From Promethearchaeota archaeon (GTDB lineage Archaea > Asgardarchaeota > Hermodarchaeia > Hermodarchaeales > Hermodarchaeaceae): DNA of 36,932 nt. The notes beneath the pieces are model-generated. The model saw nothing but the letters and a program-made list of their open reading frames with translations, had not been told where the DNA came from and made no database searches. The first letter of the stretch is position 1. Every line of letters begins with the position of its first letter. This document shows positions 9,480 through 18,176 of this stretch, one piece after another. The stretch is taken from NCBI GenBank assembly GCA_048939625.1, contig JBHLPH010000018.1, positions 1-36,932 of the forward strand, read 5' to 3'. Position numbers and translations under genes: made by a program.

Positions 9480-9965
9480 TTACAGTTTGTTGACAAGTGG
9501 ACGCAGTTTCGTGAACTGCGGATCTGTTTGAATGATATCGAGTAATTCACCAGAAAGGGCGTGGTGGAGAGCTTTTTGGAATTGAATGGTTGCTTCTTCG
9601 GTTTTCCCTAGCTCAATCAGGCTTAATGCGTAGTTGAGGAATACGGTGGGTGCAGCTTCATCGAGTTTTGTAGCCTTGGCATAGCATTTTTCAGCCTCTT
9701 CCCATCGCCCGAGTAAAATGTAAAGGTACCCGAGATTGTTCCAATGCCGAGGATTGTCGGGTTCAAGTTCAGCAATCCGTTGCGCGATTTGGAGCCCATT
9801 TTGGGGTTGCTGGTATTGCTGATAAATCGCGGTCAGAAAGGTGAGTAACTCGAGATTGTTTTTATCCTTCTCGAGAAGTTTCAAAATTTGTTGCTTCGCT
9901 CGTTCGGGGTTACCACCAGCAAGCGCAGCGATTGACCGCTGGAAAAGGTCGTTTTCGGCTCCCAA
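9480..9965 (-). CDS. Tetratricopeptide repeat protein
   Basis: LEPDNPRHWNNLGYLYILLGRWEEAEKCYAKA and adjacent TPR-like units; AGGTG 5 nt before TTG. Confidence 0.9.
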   Translation of the reverse strand: MGAENDLFQRSIAALAGGNPERAKQQILKLLEKDKNNLELLTFLTAIYQQYQQPQNGLQIAQRIAELEPDNPRHWNNLGYLYILLGRWEEAEKCYAKATKLDEAAPTVFLNYALSLIELGKTEEATIQFQKALHHALSGELLDIIQTDPQFTKLRPLVNKL

Positions 9966-10171
9966 GCCATCACCTAACCCCTAGAGTAAGATCACCATGA
10001 ATTTTAAGGACTGGGTATGGCTGAGTTTCTCTGAGGGTTTGTTAGTGAATTCGCAAAGAGTGGAGATTTGAATCGGCTTCTTTTTTAAAGCCAGATTGTG
10101 TCACATTCTAAGCCATTAATAGGCTTGAATTTCTAAGGAGGCGTATTGTGCAGTAACAGAAGGAATTACCG

Positions 10172-11029
10172 ATGGTACTTCGAAGTATCGCCCATGATGA
10201 TGCAGCAATCGAGTCTTACAAGGAGCAAATTAATCGTTACACGGAACAGCTCGAAGCTATTGGTTTTGGGTATCGCCTCTATCTCAAAGACGAGGACGTG
10301 GTGGGTCTAGCAATCCTTGGAAAAGAACCGCTACAGCTATTCAAACCTGTGGGAACGCCTCTCACTCGTCTAGTGGTTCTTGATTATAATCAACCGCTCG
10401 ATGTGCTCAAAGAGTTAGCAGATGAAGTATTGAGTCTAGCGAAGAAGCGCGAGGTGGGTTATGCTTATCTGAACATCTCAGTGGAACATCAAGATCTAAT
10501 TGCCCATTTACGGCGTATCGGGTTTGAAGAACTGGCCAACCGTTATGAGATGAGCCGCTCTCTCGATGAATCCTTTGAAGTTACGGATTTACTCCGATAT
10601 GAGCAAATTCAACGAAAAGATGTGAACAAATTCTTCGAGTGCATGAAAGAATTTATGAGCGGATCTCCAGACGATGTGCTGAATTTGGTGATGAAGAATT
10701 TCTCGAAGGTTCCGGAAGCAATACTGGATGCATGGTATGAGGGCGTCCAGGCGTATTTCGTCTACCATGAGAACGAACTGATTGGGATTTTAGACCTTGT
10801 TCCACCGGATAGCTATATTCAAAACATCGGAGTTTCGCCTGCACATCGTGGGAAAGGGTTTGGTAAAGAAATGCTGCGGTTTTGTTTGAAGCTGTTCAAG
10901 GAAGGAGGGGGCAAAGCAGCCGGGCTTGGTGTACACGTGAAGAACAAACGGGCGATTCATGTCTATGAACAACTGGGATTTTCTGTGGACAAACAGGTTC
11001 AGACACTCGTATGGTGGAAACCGAGTTAA
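10172..11029 (+). CDS. Tandem-domain GNAT acetyltransferase
   Basis: IGVSPAHRGKGFGKEML; NKRAIHVYEQLGF; degenerate N-terminal GNAT-like half ending LRRIGFEE. Confidence 0.88.
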   Translation: MVLRSIAHDDAAIESYKEQINRYTEQLEAIGFGYRLYLKDEDVVGLAILGKEPLQLFKPVGTPLTRLVVLDYNQPLDVLKELADEVLSLAKKREVGYAYLNISVEHQDLIAHLRRIGFEELANRYEMSRSLDESFEVTDLLRYEQIQRKDVNKFFECMKEFMSGSPDDVLNLVMKNFSKVPEAILDAWYEGVQAYFVYHENELIGILDLVPPDSYIQNIGVSPAHRGKGFGKEMLRFCLKLFKEGGGKAAGLGVHVKNKRAIHVYEQLGFSVDKQVQTLVWWKPS

Positions 11030-11157
11030 CCTGTTCCTACTAATAAACGTGTTAACATCATCAGGTTGAGACGTCACTTCGCTACAGGTCTCTGTCCCCT
11101 TTTATCTCGGTTTGAGTTGTCTTTTGGTACTTCATTGCTTCCGGACAGGTTTGTGCA

Positions 11158-12258
11158 ATGCCGCGTTGGATTCTCCATGTGGATATGGACGCCTTTTACG
11201 CCTCGGTGGAGCAGTACCGACTCCATCCCGAATTCATTGGGGAGCCCTTGTGTGTTGGTCCAGACCCGAAGAAAGGGCAGCGACGAGGCGTGGTCCGTGT
11301 GGCCTCATATGAAGCCCGCGCATATGGGATTCATGCCGGAATGCCAGTTACGAAAGCATACGATTTGTGTCCGGATGCGGTGTTTGTGTTTGGTCCATTT
11401 TCGAATTATGTGGAAGCCTCGGAGGAGATTATGGAGGTATTACAAGAATTTGCGGATGAGCGACGCATTCGGAAGGCAAGTATCGATGAGGCTTACCTAG
11501 AGGTAACTGAGCGAGTAAAACAGTATGCAGGACCCACGGAGCTTGCATTGGAAATCCAAAACGCTGTGCGAGAGGAAACCAAGCTGCCCTGCTCGATTGG
11601 GATTGGACCCAATATGGCTGTAGCCAAAATTGCTACTGATCAGAATAAACCTCTGGGAATTACGCTCGTTCCACAGGATCCTGCCTCTGTCGCGGAATTC
11701 TTGGCGCCTTTAGATGTGACAGCCGTTAATGGTATCGGACGCGTAACCGGAAATCGGTTGAAAAAATATGGAATCACTACGTTGGGGCAGATCCAGCAGA
11801 TGTCACTTCAAGCCCTCTTACCGATTTTTGGTAAAGGTGCAAAATGGCTCTCAGACCGGGCCTGGGGAATCGATAACCGAGGAATTGTGCGAACTGGTCC
11901 CTGGCGAAGGAAGTCAATGGGGAATGAACGGACCTTTCCGAAGGATCTAGATTCTCAGTCGATGGAGTTAGCGCGAGAAACCCTGGAGGGGTTATCGACG
12001 AAGATCTGTGAGCGGCTCCAGTCGAAATCTTATCATTTCCGCACTGTGACCGTAAAAATCCGGTATCGAGACTTCACAACGGTGCAACGGAGTCGAACCC
12101 TCCCAGTGAGTACCAATGACGCGGATACCTTATCGAGGATGGTGACTTCGTTATTTGAAGAACATCGTCTCCCAAATACTCCCTTACGGCTAGTAGGTGT
12201 ACGTGTTACAAATCTCACCAAGATGAATGGACAGGCCACTTTAGTCGACTATGTATAA
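11158..12258 (+). CDS. dinB: Y-family DNA polymerase IV
   Basis: HVDMDAFYASVE, ASYEARAYGI, SIDEAYL, VAKIA, GIG HhH, little finger TVKIRYRDF...RLVGV. Confidence 0.96.
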   Translation: MPRWILHVDMDAFYASVEQYRLHPEFIGEPLCVGPDPKKGQRRGVVRVASYEARAYGIHAGMPVTKAYDLCPDAVFVFGPFSNYVEASEEIMEVLQEFADERRIRKASIDEAYLEVTERVKQYAGPTELALEIQNAVREETKLPCSIGIGPNMAVAKIATDQNKPLGITLVPQDPASVAEFLAPLDVTAVNGIGRVTGNRLKKYGITTLGQIQQMSLQALLPIFGKGAKWLSDRAWGIDNRGIVRTGPWRRKSMGNERTFPKDLDSQSMELARETLEGLSTKICERLQSKSYHFRTVTVKIRYRDFTTVQRSRTLPVSTNDADTLSRMVTSLFEEHRLPNTPLRLVGVRVTNLTKMNGQATLVDYV

Positions 12259-12314
12259 GATCCTAGAAAGCAAACATTGATTCGTAGATCTCGTCTTAAG
12301 GTAGTCCGTGGTGT

Positions 12315-12602
12315 GTGTTCGTGTACTTCAAAGGCTTATCCACGCTCTTAGATGAACCTGGCGATTCGTTCCCCCGACGGTCGGAACTGAAGATTGTACG
12401 GGGTAAAACTCTAGCCAAAACTCCTACCTGGCATAAAGCCATTATTTTGGTTGAACTAGCGCAAGGACAGCAACTACGGTTAATTGGATGGAAGTTGAAT
12501 AAGGAGGGAGAATGGCGGATGCGCCAAAAGTTCAACATTTCTAAAGGTTATGCTTTAAACATCGCAGAAATCTGTGAAGCATATGCAAATGAATGGGAAT
12601 GA
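12315..12602 (+). CDS. Small hypothetical protein, possibly PC4-like ssDNA-binding fold
   Basis: 95-aa ORF filling the dinB-wrbA gap; beta-strands then helix: KAIILV...LRLIGWKLNKEGEWRMRQKFNIS-helix. Confidence 0.6.
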   Translation: MFVYFKGLSTLLDEPGDSFPRRSELKIVRGKTLAKTPTWHKAIILVELAQGQQLRLIGWKLNKEGEWRMRQKFNISKGYALNIAEICEAYANEWE

Positions 12603-12628
12603 AGTAAGCGTGTAAAAAGGTGACATGT

Positions 12629-13120
12629 ATGGTTTTGATTCTAATTGTGTATGATTCCAAAACGGGAAATACTGAGAAAATGGCGAAAATTGTAGAAACA
12701 GGTGCCAAGGATGTTGAAGGGGTTCAAGTTGTTATGAAACGGGCTGAAGATACGACCAACGAGGATCTACTGGCTGCTGACGGAATTATTGTAGGCTCTC
12801 CGGTTTATTATGGACTCATGTCGGCGCCTGTGAAACAGGTATTTGATACGTCCGTGAAGATACATGGGAAGCTTGATGGTAAAGTAGGAGGCGCTTTTGC
12901 ATCCAGTGGAGGCATTGCCACAGGGGCTGAGACGACCATCATATCAATTCTTGAGGCAATGTTAGTGCATGGAATGGTCGTGCAGGGTAGTGCCCGGGGT
13001 CCGATGCAGCATTACGGTGCTGCAGCTAAGGGTGCGCCAGATGAAAAGGAGATGAAAGCTTGCTACGAACTAGGAACTCGTGTAGCACAGCTAGTATTAC
13101 GTCTTCGAAAGCACTCGTGA
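12629..13120 (+). CDS. WrbA-like flavodoxin / NAD(P)H:quinone oxidoreductase
   Basis: YDSKTGNTEKMA FMN loop, GSPVYYG, GKVGGAFASSG, G.ETT, HYGA. Confidence 0.92.
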   Translation: MVLILIVYDSKTGNTEKMAKIVETGAKDVEGVQVVMKRAEDTTNEDLLAADGIIVGSPVYYGLMSAPVKQVFDTSVKIHGKLDGKVGGAFASSGGIATGAETTIISILEAMLVHGMVVQGSARGPMQHYGAAAKGAPDEKEMKACYELGTRVAQLVLRLRKHS

Positions 13121-13249
13121 GAGAGGCTATTCCAAATATCCGGAGCGACTTCTTCATTCCAAGGGTCACCTCCAAAGTCTTGTTTTTTTTGATTTTATCT
13201 TTCAATAAACTTCATATTTTCTGAATCAATCTATTAGTGTGGAGGGTTT

Positions 13250-13657
13250 TTGATGCGATTTCGTTCTCCCCAATGGGTAACCCTGGAAGAAGCTGTGTTT
13301 GAGGATCCTGGTGATGAGATTTCTGGTCTGGTAATCGGCAAATTATTTCGAAAAGCCCGGTTTGGTGAGATTCCAGTTTTTCTCCTGTTTGATGACGTAA
13401 ATAACCGGATTATTGTAATTCAAGCGTGGGCAAAGATGCTACAGGACTACTTACAAGGTGGTTCGGGTCGAACAGGCGTGCGGATGGGTGAGTATATCAC
13501 AATCACCTATCATGGTCGCCGGACCAAGAAGAAACCTCCTGGAACTTTCTATCATGTGTTTCGTCGAACCCGGAGCCATTATATTTCGAAGCAGTATGCA
13601 TACCCTGAAAAATCGAAACACGCAAAGAAAAAGAAGAAACTTCAAGCGGGTGAATAG
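13250..13657 (+). CDS. Basic hypothetical protein, probable OB-fold (virus/phage SSB-like pattern) with Lys-rich tail
   Basis: FEDPGDEISG...VRMGEYITITYHGRR...FYHVF pattern; KKKKK tail; GGAGG RBS. Confidence 0.55.
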   Translation: MMRFRSPQWVTLEEAVFEDPGDEISGLVIGKLFRKARFGEIPVFLLFDDVNNRIIVIQAWAKMLQDYLQGGSGRTGVRMGEYITITYHGRRTKKKPPGTFYHVFRRTRSHYISKQYAYPEKSKHAKKKKKLQAGE

Positions 13658-13659
13658 TT

Positions 13660-14493
13660 TTGGTAATGGTAGTAAAATGGGATGGGCGCACAGAGGAATT
13701 TGATTCAACCAAAATTGTACGCACTTTGACTCGTATGGGAGCTCCACAGACGGTTGCTGAGGAGATTGCTGATGATTTGGATGATCGAATTGAGGAGGGA
13801 ATGACCACCAAAGAAATCTATGATATAGCGGTTAGTGAGCTTGAAACCCATAGGGAAGTCGTTGAATTTCGCCGGGATTTACGTGATGGGCTGGCGCGGA
13901 TTGGGAGTGGGTTTATCTTCGAAGATTATGTTCGATTGCTCCTTGAAGAGTATGGGTACAAAGCCTCTGGGAATGTGGTCATCCAAGGGGCTTGTGTGGA
14001 TCACGAGGTTGACAGCATTGCTGAGCGTGGCGATGAGACTGTATACGTAGAGATAAAACATCATAGCGTACTGGAACGGTACACGCCCTTCGAAGTCACA
14101 TTATCGGCAAAAGCCAAATGGGATGATTTACAGGCCGGTTGTGATCAGGGATTAAACGATTGCACCTTTGATCGAGTCCTGATTGTTACAAATACGCGTC
14201 TAACAAAACATGCCCAACGGTATGCTGAATGTGTTGGGATTGAACATTTTGGGTGGAATACGCCACAGGGTCGGGGTATTGATTGGTTTATCGAAAATAA
14301 GAAACTATATCCAGTTACGATTTTACGAACCGTGACGGACGAGGAAAGAGATGTGTTGTATACTCACAAGATTTTGACGTTGAATCAGTTGGTCAACGCC
14401 GATCCAAAGACAGTAGGGCTCTCTGAAAACCGCGTGAAGGAATTAATTGAAGAAACACACCGTGTCTTTAGTTGTTGTCAGGCAGAATCGTGA
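13660..14493 (+). CDS. ATP-cone domain fused to Mrr-like PD-(D/E)XK nuclease
   Basis: VVKWDGRTEEFDSTKI...MTTKEIY ATP-cone; GFIFEDYV, HEVDSIA...VEIKHH, IVTNTRLT. Confidence 0.85.
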   Translation: MVMVVKWDGRTEEFDSTKIVRTLTRMGAPQTVAEEIADDLDDRIEEGMTTKEIYDIAVSELETHREVVEFRRDLRDGLARIGSGFIFEDYVRLLLEEYGYKASGNVVIQGACVDHEVDSIAERGDETVYVEIKHHSVLERYTPFEVTLSAKAKWDDLQAGCDQGLNDCTFDRVLIVTNTRLTKHAQRYAECVGIEHFGWNTPQGRGIDWFIENKKLYPVTILRTVTDEERDVLYTHKILTLNQLVNADPKTVGLSENRVKELIEETHRVFSCCQAES

Positions 14494-14566
14494 ATTATAT
14501 TTTTAGAAAACTCGAAAGTCTTTTCATTGAGTTTGGTAGGATAAGGCGGTAGTAACTGTTCCCGGA

Positions 14567-14956
14567 TTGGTGAAAACTATCATGGATACTATGGATACTG
14601 GAAAGCTTCTGACTAGGATTGGTGCAATCCTCGTAATCATAGCGGGGTTTGTCCAAATCGGTGAATACGCGTTCTACAATGTCATGGACCTTCTCAACTA
14701 TGGTCAACTTTACATCTATCCTCTAGCAACCCTGATTGCGGGTGTCATCGCTGTCGTCTTTGGGTTTATGGTGTTTTTGTTCTTCTTGCCTATGGTTGAT
14801 AAGAACCGAATCAACGCCGCAATTCTCATTCTCATCTTTAGTATAATAGGCGCAGTGTTTGCCTTTGAATGGGGAATCATCGGAGGTCCCGGTGCTGTTC
14901 TCTGTCTCGTTGGAGCCATTCTGTTCTTCATTGAACCTGAACAAGGAGGAGCTTAA
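14567..14956 (+). CDS. Small four-TM membrane protein
   Basis: Four hydrophobic segments; GIIGGPGAVLCLVGAIL. Confidence 0.75.
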   Translation: MVKTIMDTMDTGKLLTRIGAILVIIAGFVQIGEYAFYNVMDLLNYGQLYIYPLATLIAGVIAVVFGFMVFLFFLPMVDKNRINAAILILIFSIIGAVFAFEWGIIGGPGAVLCLVGAILFFIEPEQGGA

Positions 14957-14977
14957 GCTCCTTCCTCAACTTTTTTT
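14944..14977 (+). terminator. Hairpin over the stop codon plus T7
   Basis: AGGAGGAGC-TTAA-GCTCCTTCCT, then CAAC and T7. Confidence 0.6.
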
Positions 14978-15015
14978 AGCCACGAAGCTTGGCATGTATT
15001 TGAGGCTAATCGCCT

Positions 15016-16098
15016 GTGAATTATCATCTCATACTGACGCGTAAATGCAACCTAAATTGCCAATATTGCCACGGAGGAGAAGAGTCCGGGGCAAGCACGG
15101 AAATTGAGTACTCCTTGGATGATCTCGCCAAGTTTCTGAACAAGGATAATGATGTACAATTGATGTTTTACGGTGGCGAACCCACTCTTCGAATTCCCCT
15201 TATGATTGAGATCATGACCCGATTCCCTGAAGCCCGATATATGCTACAGACGAATGGAATACTGCTACATCACATCCCAGCAGAGTATCTAAATCGCTTT
15301 CAATCCATCCTTATTTCGATTGATGGAAGAAAAGCTGTGACGGATGGATATCGGTCACAAGGAGTCTATGATCAGGTCACAGAAAATGTCAGTTGGTTAT
15401 ATGAACAAGGCTATCAAGGGGATATTGTTGCCCGGATGGCAGTTTCGGAACAAAGTGACATTTACCGAGATGTGCGGCACCTCCTTGATTTGGAGTCACC
15501 GCGGTTTCACCACGTGCATTGGCAATTGAATGTGATCTGGGATGCAGAAGATAATTGGGTCGATTTTGACCGGTGGGTTCGTGACTCCTATTATCCTGGT
15601 ATTAGTCGATTAGTTGAAGACTGGCTAGCAAAGATGTACACAGGTAAAGTTGAAGGAATTGTGCCCTTTCTACCGATTATACATGATCTGCTAACCGGGA
15701 ATCGAAGTCGAATTAGATGTGGAGCCGGTAATGATACGTTTGCCATTCATGTGAATGGTTCCATTGGGATTTGTCCGATTTCACAGGATTATCCTTTTTC
15801 ACTCGTTGGGGATATCTGGAAAACTGAACCTGAGAGCCTCCGTGATATTATGAGTGTTGATGCGCCTTGTCCATCCTGTGACGAGTTTGGATTATGTGGA
15901 GGGCGGTGTTTGTTTGCTAACAAAGAACGGTTATGGGGTGAAGAGGGATTTCTGAAAGTGTGTGACACTGTGATCCATCTTCTGGGATGCCTAAGGGAAA
16001 TCGTTCCTGCGGTTCGTACATTAATTGCCCAAGGAAAAATTGCTTTGAGTGATTTTGCATACCCGGAATTCAATAATGGCTGCGAGATTATTCCTTAA
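15016..16098 (+). CDS. Radical SAM/SPASM protein, AF0577 (TIGR04084)-like family
   Basis: CNLNCQYC, FYGGEP, QTNG, CGAG...CP...CPSC-x5-CGGRC, C-terminal EIIP. Confidence 0.88.
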   Translation: MNYHLILTRKCNLNCQYCHGGEESGASTEIEYSLDDLAKFLNKDNDVQLMFYGGEPTLRIPLMIEIMTRFPEARYMLQTNGILLHHIPAEYLNRFQSILISIDGRKAVTDGYRSQGVYDQVTENVSWLYEQGYQGDIVARMAVSEQSDIYRDVRHLLDLESPRFHHVHWQLNVIWDAEDNWVDFDRWVRDSYYPGISRLVEDWLAKMYTGKVEGIVPFLPIIHDLLTGNRSRIRCGAGNDTFAIHVNGSIGICPISQDYPFSLVGDIWKTEPESLRDIMSVDAPCPSCDEFGLCGGRCLFANKERLWGEEGFLKVCDTVIHLLGCLREIVPAVRTLIAQGKIALSDFAYPEFNNGCEIIP

Positions 16099-16184
16099 TC
16101 TTGACACGAATTGATGAACTACGAAAATCCTTTTGGCGAACAGGCTCTTACAGATATCATTCATCGCCGTTCGAGGTACTGCCT

Positions 16185-17381
16185 ATGCCGATTGTGAAAA
16201 TTCCTCAGCACCGATTTGAAGAGCGATTAGCGAGTCTTCGTCAACGACTGGAAGAAGAAAAAATTGCACATTTTATTGTTTTTAATCCAACTCACATCTA
16301 TTATCTGACCGGGTTTGTCCATATTCCGACGGAACGCCCCTTTGCGCTGATTGTTCAAGAGTCAGACATTAGTTTCTTTGTTCCTGAATTAGAAAAGCAG
16401 CATGTCGAAGAAGAGGTGCCCAATGTGGCAAAGATTGGCACTTACTTTGATTATCCGGATGCAAAGCATCCAATGAAGCATTTTGCCACTTTCTTAACTA
16501 AAGACCTTAAGATTGCTGGCAAGTTAGGAGCCGAAGCGCCAGGGAGTTCGGGACGATGGGGCTATGAGGGACCCAAATTAGAGGAAGTCCTGGGATTTCC
16601 TGTGAAAGTCATGTCCAAGTTATTGACGAATATGCGGGTTACCAAAGATGAAGATGAGTTAGCCTGTATTCGGGAATCAGCGATGTGGGCAAATCTTGCT
16701 CACCAATTACTCCAAGATAAAACTCAACCAGGATTAAATGAAGTAGAAGTTTCAACGGCAGCATCTCTTGAGGCATCCATGGCAATGGGAAAGGCTTTGG
16801 GAATTGCGTATCGACCCTTTGCGATTGGAGGATTACCTGTCCGGGCAGGTTATCGTGGTCAGATTGGAACCTATTCGGCGATACCGCATGCGTTGACGCG
16901 GTTTACAGTTTTCAAGGCTGGGGATACGCTGGTGACCGGTGCTACATCGAACGTGGCAGGATATTATGCGGAACTGGAACGAACGATGTTTCTGGGAAAG
17001 CCCAACACCAAGCAACGAAAATTTTTTGATATTATGATGGAAGCGCAGCAAGCCGCTTTTGCTGCCTTTGCTCCAGGGAAGCCCTGTTCAGTCGTTGATA
17101 AGGCTACACGTACCGTGTTTAAGCAAAATGGAGTGATGAGTTTAGTGCAACACCATACCGGACATTCCATCGGATTGGAGGGCCATGAAAAACCATTTCT
17201 GGATCATGGAATGAAAACCATAATGGAACCAGGAATGGTCTTCACCGTTGAGCCAGGAATATATGATCGAACAGTAGGTGGGTTCCGTCATTCTGACACC
17301 ATATTCATTACAGAAGATGGGATGGAGCTAGTAACCTACTATCCTTGGGATATCGAGTATCTAACTATTGATATCCAATAA
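16185..17381 (+). CDS. M24 family Xaa-Pro peptidase / creatinase-like protein
   Basis: Creatinase N-domain (YLTGF...ERP); HHTGHSIGLEGHEKP, TVEPGIY, GFRHSDT; GAGGT RBS before ATG 16185. Confidence 0.9.
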   Translation: MPIVKIPQHRFEERLASLRQRLEEEKIAHFIVFNPTHIYYLTGFVHIPTERPFALIVQESDISFFVPELEKQHVEEEVPNVAKIGTYFDYPDAKHPMKHFATFLTKDLKIAGKLGAEAPGSSGRWGYEGPKLEEVLGFPVKVMSKLLTNMRVTKDEDELACIRESAMWANLAHQLLQDKTQPGLNEVEVSTAASLEASMAMGKALGIAYRPFAIGGLPVRAGYRGQIGTYSAIPHALTRFTVFKAGDTLVTGATSNVAGYYAELERTMFLGKPNTKQRKFFDIMMEAQQAAFAAFAPGKPCSVVDKATRTVFKQNGVMSLVQHHTGHSIGLEGHEKPFLDHGMKTIMEPGMVFTVEPGIYDRTVGGFRHSDTIFITEDGMELVTYYPWDIEYLTIDIQ

Positions 17382-17392
17382 GATTAGAATCG

Positions 17393-18160
17393 CTAGATGG
17401 TTTTGAGGGCTTCTTTCACGAGAGGAACATCACAGCAGCGGATGCACTCATAGCCTTCGTCAGCGAGGTGTTTAAGGAGTTTCGAGTATAAACGGCCCCC
17501 CTTCATGCGAAATGATTCCTGATGGAAGAGGAAGGAATAGTATTGTGTACGATGCACTTTGGCATCGTTGAGGTCTTTGAGGATGTATTTCCATGCCTCA
17601 TTTTCAGTGAGGTGAAGCCGACCGAAGAGGTCAGTGTCCATGATCCCGATAGGAATCTCGATTAATCCGTTTTCAAGACAATAGGGGTCCACTTGTTCCA
17701 CGGTTTCGCCACGATAGGAAGAGTCATAGATCACCAATTCTTGTTTGAAGAGTTCAAGAAGAGTGGAGGTTACCCAGAGATTATGACAACGTACCCCTTG
17801 AACTGGACCAATCAGGTCCGAAAAGAAGGCTTTCTGCATGTTGAAGAGGCCTTTGAATTGAGGGTGATCTTCATGAACGTAGTGGAGCTGGAGTTCGATG
17901 CCTTCACGCTGAATGGCTTTCAAGGTGTCTGCAATGGAATAGAGGTTGAAGAGGAAAGTGGGGATAAAGAAGGTGGAGCGGAAACCGAGTTCTGTTTCAA
18001 GCTGGACAATGTCACTGATGTTATTGTATAGATTGAGAGCGCCTTTTTCAGCAGCTTTTAGATCTTTTTCGGTGAAACGGTCACGTCGTGCACGGATGTG
18101 CTCAATGGGTTTGTGAACGGAATCTGCGTCGTGAGTGAGGACGATTTTCAAAGTTTTCAT
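17393..18160 (-). CDS. Polysaccharide deacetylase (CE4/NodB-like) family protein
   Basis: LTHDAD, RSTFF, ELQLH, GVRCHNL, YDSS, EIPIGIMD, LFH. Start likely ATG 18160 or TTG 18151. Confidence 0.8.
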   Translation of the reverse strand: MKTLKIVLTHDADSVHKPIEHIRARRDRFTEKDLKAAEKGALNLYNNISDIVQLETELGFRSTFFIPTFLFNLYSIADTLKAIQREGIELQLHYVHEDHPQFKGLFNMQKAFFSDLIGPVQGVRCHNLWVTSTLLELFKQELVIYDSSYRGETVEQVDPYCLENGLIEIPIGIMDTDLFGRLHLTENEAWKYILKDLNDAKVHRTQYYSFLFHQESFRMKGGRLYSKLLKHLADEGYECIRCCDVPLVKEALKTI

Positions 18161-18176
18161 CACCTTCGTACGAGTT

